A stretch of 64,000 bases of DNA from Raja brachyura (Eukaryota), in assembly GCA_963514005.1 (NCBI GenBank), contig OY740798.1, positions 44,640,001 to 44,704,000 of the forward strand, given 5' to 3'. The first letter of the stretch is position 1. Each line of letters opens with the position of its first letter. Below are positions 52,201-62,000 of the stretch, one piece after another. A model generated the notes under the pieces. That model saw nothing but the letters and a program-made list of their open reading frames with translations. It made no database searches and was not told where the DNA came from. Both the position numbers and the translations under genes were made by a program.

Positions 52201-55200
52201 AATGGAGAAAATTCAGCTGGAGGACTATCACAGAATTGCGTGAGAGTCCTTGAGAAATGTTACAGACGGCTCCCATGCCAGTCTAATGCTAGGTGCATTG
52301 TGCCAACATAAAGAAGACAGAAGAAACCTTACCTGGGCAGCAACATATTCGCAATCTCCCTCAAAGTTATAACGATTGCCATCAAATGTGATGTAGTGAC
52401 CACTACCATATATTTTACAAGATCCAGGGCACTGATTTTTGGAACACATCCAGTTGCCTTTCGTACAGGTGCTAAACAGAATAAGATGAATTGAGAGCAA
52501 TAACATGATTACTAAGTGAGCTGAGGACACACTGAGTTATGGTATGGAAATTCTGATCGATACTTCAAATCAAAAAGCTTTATACCCTCATGAATTTAAG
52601 CTGGTGGTTTAACTAGAGTTGCTAAGTGTTTGGAGTTCAGTAGGGGAGTGTGAGTACTAGGATCCATATCATGAGCTACAAGACTAGTCTGTGTGTGCTA
52701 AATCCTGAAAATATGACCCATTTCTCATGATAATTGTGGGTGAAATATTTTGCCTTGTGGCGGTGCTTTGCCTACTGCTTGGAAATGGGTCAGGCTTTAA
52801 AGATCACATTCCATGGCAGCCACAGCACAGCAAAGAAGTGGCAAGAGGCTGAAGATGCTGCAAGCTGGAACAAAAGCGCACACTGCTGGAGGAACTCTTT
52901 GGGTCAGGCAGCATCTGTGGACCAGACTGCTGCCGAGTTGCTGCAGCACCTTACTTTTTGCAGCAGAGAGTTTGCCGAGCTCTGTGACAGCAAGCTGCAT
53001 TTCCATGCTGATATTTCTTTCAGCATAGACTTGGTTTTAGGGTCATTGAGTGATACAACGTGGAAACAGGCCCTTAGGCCCAACTAGTCCACAACCTGCC
53101 TGCATTTGGTCCATATCCCTCCAAACCTGTCCTTTCCATGTACCTGCCTAACTGATTCTTAAATGTTGGGATAAAGTAAAAGGATAATTGGGATTAATTG
53201 GGATACATTTTTATTAAAAGATCATGATGCATTTACACAGATACGAACTTGGGTAAATATTGCACCATTACTGGGGAGCAAAGCAATTGGTAAATGTTCA
53301 AGTCTAGAAAATCTTTCTATGCAGCATCACACTGATGCACAGCCTATCAGAGGTTATGTGCTCTGTACTAGTTCTGAAATGTAGTTTTGTTGTAGATGGT
53401 CATTACCAATTTAGCATGCGTGATTAAGGCAAAATGTTTCCACAATTTCTAAAGTATAATAGTTAACGCTAAATCTGTCTGAGCAAAGAGTAATTTCACA
53501 ATTTTACTATCACATTTCTGAAATACTTAGACAAACATGGTATCATACATGATATATTTAACATTTGAAGCTATTTTTTACAGTTTAAAAGTTACCAATT
53601 GTTACAGCTGACTGCAACTGTGCTTCTTGGAGGGTACGCGATATTATCGTGCATACAAGGACACTTCTCCTCTGTCACGCAGTCTCCCTTTCCATTGTCC
53701 AGGAGCCCCTCAGGGCAAACGCAACCCGACTTACACTTTTCACTGTACTGTAGAGACCAAGAAGCAGATACAGTTTACGGTTAATATGATTCACTTCTTG
53801 CACTGGCATTTTTGTCATTGTGTTTGCATTCATCTTTTTTTTTATTTTAGGCATTTTATGCGTAATTTATGTAGTATCTATGTACAATGTTATATGCATG
53901 GTTGTATGTATGTATATCTGTATGTATCTATGTATGTGAAGGAAGGAACTGCAGATGCTGGTTTACACCGAAGATAAACACAAAAAGCTGGAGTAATGCA
54001 GCGGGTCAGACAGCATCTCTGGAGAAAAGGAATCGGTGATGTTTCAGGTCGAGACCCTTCCTCAGACTATGTATGATTGTCTATGTGCCTGTGGTGTGGC
54101 TGCAAGCGAGAGTTTCATTGTACCGGTACCTCACCGTACTTGTGCATATGACAATAGACTTGACTCAGGGCCCCGGCCACGGGTGAACAAGGGAGGGGGA
54201 GGAGGAGGACTGTCTGAACTGTATTGCCTTCCGCCACAGTGAAGAATGCTGTGGTGGATGTCTCTGTTGAATTATGTTGTGTATTGTGTCCTTTTTTAAT
54301 TGTAACGCATTTCACTGCACCTTATGGTGCATGTGACCAATGAGTTTGAACTTGAACTTGATCAATTCCTATGAATCCAAATGTCTATCTCGGTGTTATT
54401 AATTATTTCAATGAAAGGTTATTTTGGCTAACTTATCATTCTTCAGTTCTATAATTCCAATGTTTGGGATATTACCCATATATACAAACATATATACGTA
54501 CATTATACATAGATACTACATAAATTATACATAAAATGTCTAACAGAAATACATCAAGAAAGGATACCGTTAAGCTTATATATTTTTCATTTCATCTCAT
54601 GAAGCTCCTAAAGCCACAGCTTGTACAGTTCTGGTAACTGCAATATGGGAATGGGAAGCTCACAGAGGACACGCGCAAGGATCTTGGAAGTGAAAGGATG
54701 GATGGGCTGGGATAAAATAAAAAAAATACTGGAAGAGCTCGGATCTTTACTTTGCCGCATCTGTGCTGATAGAAACAGATTTAACATTTCAGATCAAAAA
54801 CTTACTTCAGTTCTGGGAAAAAAGAGAAAAACAGTTAATTTTATATTGCAGAGAATGTAGAAAGATGGGATTATTTTGAATTAATAAAATAGCAAGATAT
54901 CCATTGTATCTTTGTACCCCAAACAGCACTCCAGTGACATTTTAGTGGTTGTCTTGTACTATACTCCAGATGTTTTGGAGTGCTTCAACTGTCCAGAGAG
55001 CTGCAGAAAGTCACCACAATGACTGAAAAGGCATCCTAAAGTAATGGAGTAGGAATCATGGATGAGAAATGTATTTATAGACCAACACAATTTCTGTTCC
55101 GTTCTGTGCCACTGCACCATGACGTCAACAAGATAGACTACTTTGCTGAAAAGCCCAGGATGGTATATCACAATAAAATATACAATGTACCTTTAAGATC

Positions 55201-58200
55201 TTCAAAAGGCATCTTTCTCACCTTCTACAACATTCAATTGGCACTTCATAGAATGGCCAAAGGCATTTAAGAGGTTACAATGACTTAAGCAATAGGATAC
55301 ATTGCTTAATATTAATGTTCTTTTGGTGGTGACATGGTTTCATTGATTTTATCCTGGATAAAGAATGAATTAGCTACTTTCATTGTGATCACCAAGGATA
55401 ATAAGTTTGAAAACAATTGAGTGGAGGTATTGGATTTCAGGATCGATGGAAGACTTTGGGTATTTTGTTCCCTGTTTGAATAATTCAACTGAAGCCATTT
55501 AGAGTTCTGCCTTGTCCATCTTAGCTTCCTCTTCATCCGTCAGCAGTGTTGAGTCTGATGCCCTGTCACAAGGGCTGGTGGGGACGGGAGTCTTTCAGGA
55601 CTAGATTAAGACTGTAGAGCATGCAACAAGTCACTACAAACATCTCCCCCTGACTACAAACTTCAGGCTGTCCTTGCCCTTCTGGGCGTTTTGAGAAAAA
55701 AGGTGCCAAACTTCAGAATGCAGAAAAAAAAAAAAAAAATAGAAACCATCACAATCACAACCCGCATCTGTGGAAGTTGAACAGTTAAAGGGATCGCGTG
55801 GGAGATGGTTTGCTGTTTTTCCAGCTTGTTTTGGAGTTCGTTTAACAGGAGGCCACAAGGAGAAATATCAGAGTGGCGGCCAATGATTTAGGACAGATGA
55901 GGAAAATATTCTTCACCCAGAGAGTTGTGAATTTGTGGAATTCTCTGCCACAGACGGCAGTGGAATTCACTGGATGTTTTCAAGAGAGAGTTAGATTTAG
56001 CTCTTAGGGCTAAAGAAATCATGGGATATGGTAAAAAAATCAGGAACAGGGTACTGATTTTAGAAGATCGGCCACGATCATATTGAATGGCGGTGCTGGC
56101 TCGAAGGGCCGAATGGCCTACTCCTGCACCTATTTTTCTATGTTTTCTATGTTCCATCTCCTCTAAACCTACTGCCTCGTCTCCACTTTCTCCCCATTTC
56201 TCCTACAGACCGAGGGATCACAAGCTAGATTCCCTCGTCATATTGCCTTTAAAAAAACCCTCTAATAGCCCAACAGAGATGTACAGTACCTATCTTCAGG
56301 TAAATTCCTTGAGCATTTAGGGAATAAATATCAATGACATTTTGGTGAAGTTTTGACAAAAAGATCCAGAAGCCCACGATTTGCATCAAGGACTGCTTTA
56401 AATGCAATGTCATCAATCTATCTTGACTGTTAAATGAGTCATAAATGTGCCACTACTTGCAACCAGTGTGGTCTCTCTTGCAACAATATTTCTACTTTGG
56501 TCTTGAAGTATGTTTTAAATTGCAGTGATCGCCCACAGCAACAGAACAAGATCATTCTTACTTGCAGCAGTATTACTGGCCCATTAATGTAACAGCACAT
56601 ACAATAATCAATGATACAATAGATTGATTATACTTGATAACCAGACCCTGGAGTGATTCTTTAGTCACCCTTCAGCACCTAACTTACCAGCACTAGACTG
56701 AGGAAACTACTCCTTGAGTTTTATGTAAATGTAGAATCCAACTGCGAACTAGACAGAAAGATTATAATGTGATGAATGACCCATGTGTTCGTTAGTGAAG
56801 TGTAATTGACTAGGACATAGCATTTTCTTTTTCGTGGGCATAATGAAAATTATTATTTGGATATGAAATTTACATTCTTTGGCTGGATGTATTTAATTAC
56901 CTGGTAATTAACTCTTTATGACTTCCCCAAGACTCAAATCAGGAGTGTGATGGAATATTCTCTGCTTGACTGGATGAACATAGTTGACTGAACATGGAAC
57001 AGTACAACACAAGAACAGCTCTTCAGCCCACAATGTCTGGGCCAAACATGGGACCAACTAACGACCTACACACAATCCACATCCTTCCATTCCCTGCATA
57101 TCTACTGTATATACCTATAACAATCTTAGACCCCCCCGAACAACATTGTGGGTATATCTACACCTCAAGGATTGCAGTGGTTCAAGAAAGCAGTTCCCCA
57201 TCACCTTCTCTAGAACAACTAGGGATGGGCTATTAAAAGCTGGCTCAGCCTGTGAACCCCATGCCCCTTGATGAATGTAACCAAAAATAAATAAGACAGA
57301 TAGACACAAAATGCTGGAGTAACTCAGCGAGACAGACAGCATCTCTGGATAGAAGAAGCACGTGACGTTTCAGGTCGAGACCTTCTTCAAAGAAGGGGCT
57401 CACCACAAAACATCATCCATCCCTTCTATTCAGAAACGCTGTCTGTCCCACTGAGTTACTCCAGCATTTAGTGTCATTCTTTAGTGTAAACCAGCATCTG
57501 CAGTTCCTTCCTACATAAATCAGATATTTTGGTTAAGAATCAAATATTTCAAAATGATTCAAGGATAGAGTAGAATCTAGTTATAATGCCGATTCAAGAG
57601 TCACCTAGTAGTGTGGACCAGATTAGAATTGTGAACATGTGTTTAATCTGTGATTGTACAAATTGTGAAACTTCATTCTGAAAACTACTTACGCATTCAC
57701 CACTAATGGCCCCACAGGTCCTTTGACATTCTTCCCCTGTTGTGCCTGGGTCACTTGTATCACAGTTGATGTAGACCTTAGACCGTGGACACGCTGCAAA
57801 GTGGACAGACTTATGAGGATCATGTAATGTGTGAATATTCTTTCTTTAAGACAACAAGGTAGTAGGACTTACCCGTAATTTTTGCCTGTAATCTAGTGCA
57901 CTGAACTTTTCCATTTTTACATACACTGCAACAGAAAAGGAAATCAAATTGCATATGTGCCACATAGTCACCGTAATTGAGTAAAGATGCTCATGGCAAC
58001 TTGATTTACCAATGTGTATCTCCTATTCTGATCAGTTCTCCAGGGTTTAGGAGGGTGCCCTGGTGGAGGCATGGGCATTGGATCGAGGGCACACATTTGT
58101 CTTTCTCGTTCATATATGTTCCTTCCTTGCATCCGCATCCATCCACCGGCACATGTTGGATTCCACAAGTGACGTCCTTCTCACTCAGTGAATGACAAGT

Positions 58201-59033
58201 GCGCTTGCAGGTCTTCATGTCATAACTGTACGTCTGTGTCTCTGGGCAGCTTTTTGTGTAAGAACCTAAAACAGTTACAGAACATAGGAAACATAAGAGC
58301 TGAAAACAATCTAGTCAGTATCAAAAACTTTATAATAAATCTTGCTAAAGAGGCTCTCATGTGAACATATCTTTCATATTCTGAAATGACTAGTTTTAAT
58401 TCTGATTATAGTTTATCAATCTCAAAATTCATATCAGAAGCTACATGAAATAAAAACTGAAGATAGACACAAAAAGCTGGAGTAACTCAGCGGGACAGGC
58501 AACACTAGCGGAGCGAAAGAACGGGTGACGTTTCTGAATGGGTCTGAAGAAAGGTCTCGACCCGAAACGTCACCCATTCGTTCTCTCCAGCCTGCCCCAC
58601 TGAGAAGCTGAGTTACTCCAGCTTTTTGTGTCTATCTTCGGTTTAATCCAGAATCTGCAGTTACTTCCTACACTTGCATAAAAACTAGTGGGAACTATGC
58701 TCACGGACGAGCCTGGGCCATCCGCGGCCACAGGCTTCCCTACCATCAACAGCATCTCAACGGTCTCAAGAAAGTGATCCCAAGCACCTGAGCCATGCCC
58801 AGATCTTCCTTCCAGTTTGGGCAGGAGGTGCAAAAGCATGGAATTGCATCCAACTATCTTCAAGAATCGATACCTTCGCATAACCATCAGATTGTTAAAC
58901 AAACACACACACAATGCTAACCTACCTTTGACAATGGAGCACTATGGACCACTTCTTGCATTACCAAGGATATATTTTCTAATTGTGTATTTCACTAATA
59001 TCTCTTTCTTTTCACTGTCTTGTACGACGTATG

Positions 59034-59087
<54 letters not shown>

Positions 59088-62000
59088 ATCTATCTTGTGT
59101 TTTTGTCTGTTGTCTGTTGTCTGAATTACTGTGCCTGCTGCAAGCAAGATTTCCATTGCATTAACTCTTCACCAAACTTGCACATATGACAGTGAAGAGA
59201 CGTAACTCCATGTCAGACAATATTTTTAGTTTAAACATCTCATCCTTCTACTCATGTGCCTCCCTGTCCTCACCGTTGGATGATTCTAAACTGCTTTGGA
59301 CCTAAATATCAATTAGGCCATTTCTGCATTTCTGTTTTTTGTATTGCTCCTCTCTTAGATTGGAAGACTTCCCTCCTGCAGAAGCATACAAAACAAGAAA
59401 GTGTTGGCTTAAAGTATGTGGTGGGTTTGGAGGAGAGTTGAGAAAGAATTTTCTTCACTCAGAGAATGGTTGGAATCTAGCAAGCACTGCCTGACAGATT
59501 GTGGAGGCAGAGTCTCTCGTATTTAAGGAGAACCTGGATGAACTCTTGACTCACAATGCATAGATGACCATGTGCTGGAAAGTGTCTGGGGTGTTCCGTT
59601 GCTGAGGTAGGATTAGGGTTGTGCGGGCAGTTCAAGAATCTGATGGTTGCAGGATAGTAGATATTCCTGAACCTGGTGGTGTGGAGTTTCAAGCTTATGG
59701 TTACGTTTATGGTTATGGTGCAAGCTCATGCTTATGGTCAGCATGAGCCAAAGTGCCTGTCCCTATGTTCTTTGACTAAAATTGTTAGCAGGTTACACCT
59801 GAGCTAACTCCACCCTAATCTCTGAGATTCACTCAGAGAAACGACTCTACCTTGCTCTCCTCTTTCAAAATACGTTTACAAACCTTCCAATTTAACAAGG
59901 TTTTTCATCCTAATAACTCTCCCGGTGGCACAGTGTGAAACATAGGTTTATCATGTTCAACGTGCTACATAGATTCACATTGTTCTTGTGGAAGTTCAAC
60001 TGGATGAGTGAAGTGAGAGTGTATTCAAACACTGATGATGACGCACTCACGTGGAGCATCTTTAATCAAATACACGATGTTTCCCGGATGCATGAATTAC
60101 TGAAAACCCATTTTCATATAAGATCAATATTCTGTTGCATTGTTGGTTGCACGTAACTATTTCTGGAAATATGTTGTAAAGAGACCTTTGAATACAGAGT
60201 TGGCCATTACTTGTGAAATGGATCTGCTGTGACTATTCCTTCCTTTGTTAACCTAATATGTCAAAATTGTAAGATCCCACTACACTGTATGAAAATACCA
60301 AACGTTTACTCACCGCACACATTTCTTCGCCAGTCGCTTAACACGACTCCTTTGGTCGCACATGCTCGCACATAGGAATATATGGCAGCGCACATACAGT
60401 CCTCGTTTTGATCACAGTTGCAGCTGTCATATTTACATTTCTAAGGTAAAGGGAAAGTAAAAGGCATGTATTTGGATCACATACTTACAAGGGAGATCAA
60501 TACTTGAGAGCATAGTTTTAAGATGAGCAGAGCAAGTTTGTTATATAGAGAATGATGGGGGCCTGGAACACGCTGCCAGGGGTTATAGTGGAGGCGGATA
60601 CCACAGTGGTGTTGAAGAAGCTTTTAAATAGGCACATATGTATGTATGCAGGGAATGAGGGGATATGAATCATATGCAGGCAGATGAGATTAGTTTATCT
60701 CGGCACCATGTTCAACACAAGCGCTGTGGGCCGAAGGGCCTCTGCCTATACTGCACTGTTCTATGTTCTATTTTGGAATACAACAATGGATGTAACAAAT
60801 GCAGAAAAGGCCAGAGATACACAGCAGGTCTATGGAGAGCGACATGAAATTTCAGCTCAATGTCCCTACACATCGACTATTGTTTTTCTCTCCGCGGCTG
60901 CTACCTGACCTGCTGAATGTCTCCAACATCCTCTCTGGTTTGGTTTTGTATTTCCATCCTATGCAGTTTTTTGCTTCATTCACAGAAGGTATGTCATTGA
61001 AGACTGCCTCAGATTTACCTCTGTGTGAATGCCCAGCTTTCGGGTGACATTCCAAGTTATTATGACTCAGTTTCAGAAAATTATTTTTGCATGAATTATA
61101 CTTCATCTACACGTGAAGGTTTAAGGGAAGAAAAATCTGATGCAACCAATTCTTTTTGCGCAGTTGAGAAAGACTTGTAGTTCTCTAGGATATAATTAAC
61201 AAAACACACTTTAAATGAACCCACTTGTAATACAGGAATAACATCCGCTATTGTTACAATGGCAAACTCTCACATACAACAAGCAAGGATATCCAGCTAA
61301 TCTGTTTCAGCAATATTGATTGATGAAGAAAAATGTCAGGAGACAATGGATAACTGTGCTTTTTTTCAAAGTAGCATCATTGCAATTGTGTATGTTAAGG
61401 TTCAGAAGAATAAATGGGCCTTTGGTTTACTGTGGCCTTCTGAAGAAGGCATTTTTGTTATTGCAGCACTCCCTCAGCTATGCAATAGTTACAGTCAGAG
61501 GCAAGTGTGCTACCAAATGAGGTGGTGCTGGCAGCTGCAGCTCAACCTGACAGTGGTTCATTTATTCCACTGAGATACATACAGCAGAGGCCTGGAATCT
61601 CCAGTGGGTGGCAATTCCATAATTGGTGTAAGTTCTACGATGCAGGTCCTTGTGTTTGGCAGAAGAGGAATGTTCACTGAAAACACACTGGTAGAAGTAC
61701 AGGGAACAGTATTGTCTTACCTTGAAGTACTCATTTGGATTGATGGTAGTGTGGCAAGGAGAAAATTCTCCTTCAGGCTTTTTCAGAAGGGCGCACCAAT
61801 ATTCAGCATAGTTTTCTGCAAGAGAATTTTGGACATGTATTCCGAGTAAAGTACATTTCTAACTCTGGAGTAAAGGTTGGTGGGCTTACTGCGTTAATCA
61901 TATGCACAGCACATGCCTAAAAGCTGGGCATGGTAGTATTCCAGCCATACCTTTTATTAGCCTGCTGTTGGGATGGCCCACACCATCCTTCAGCGGCTCC

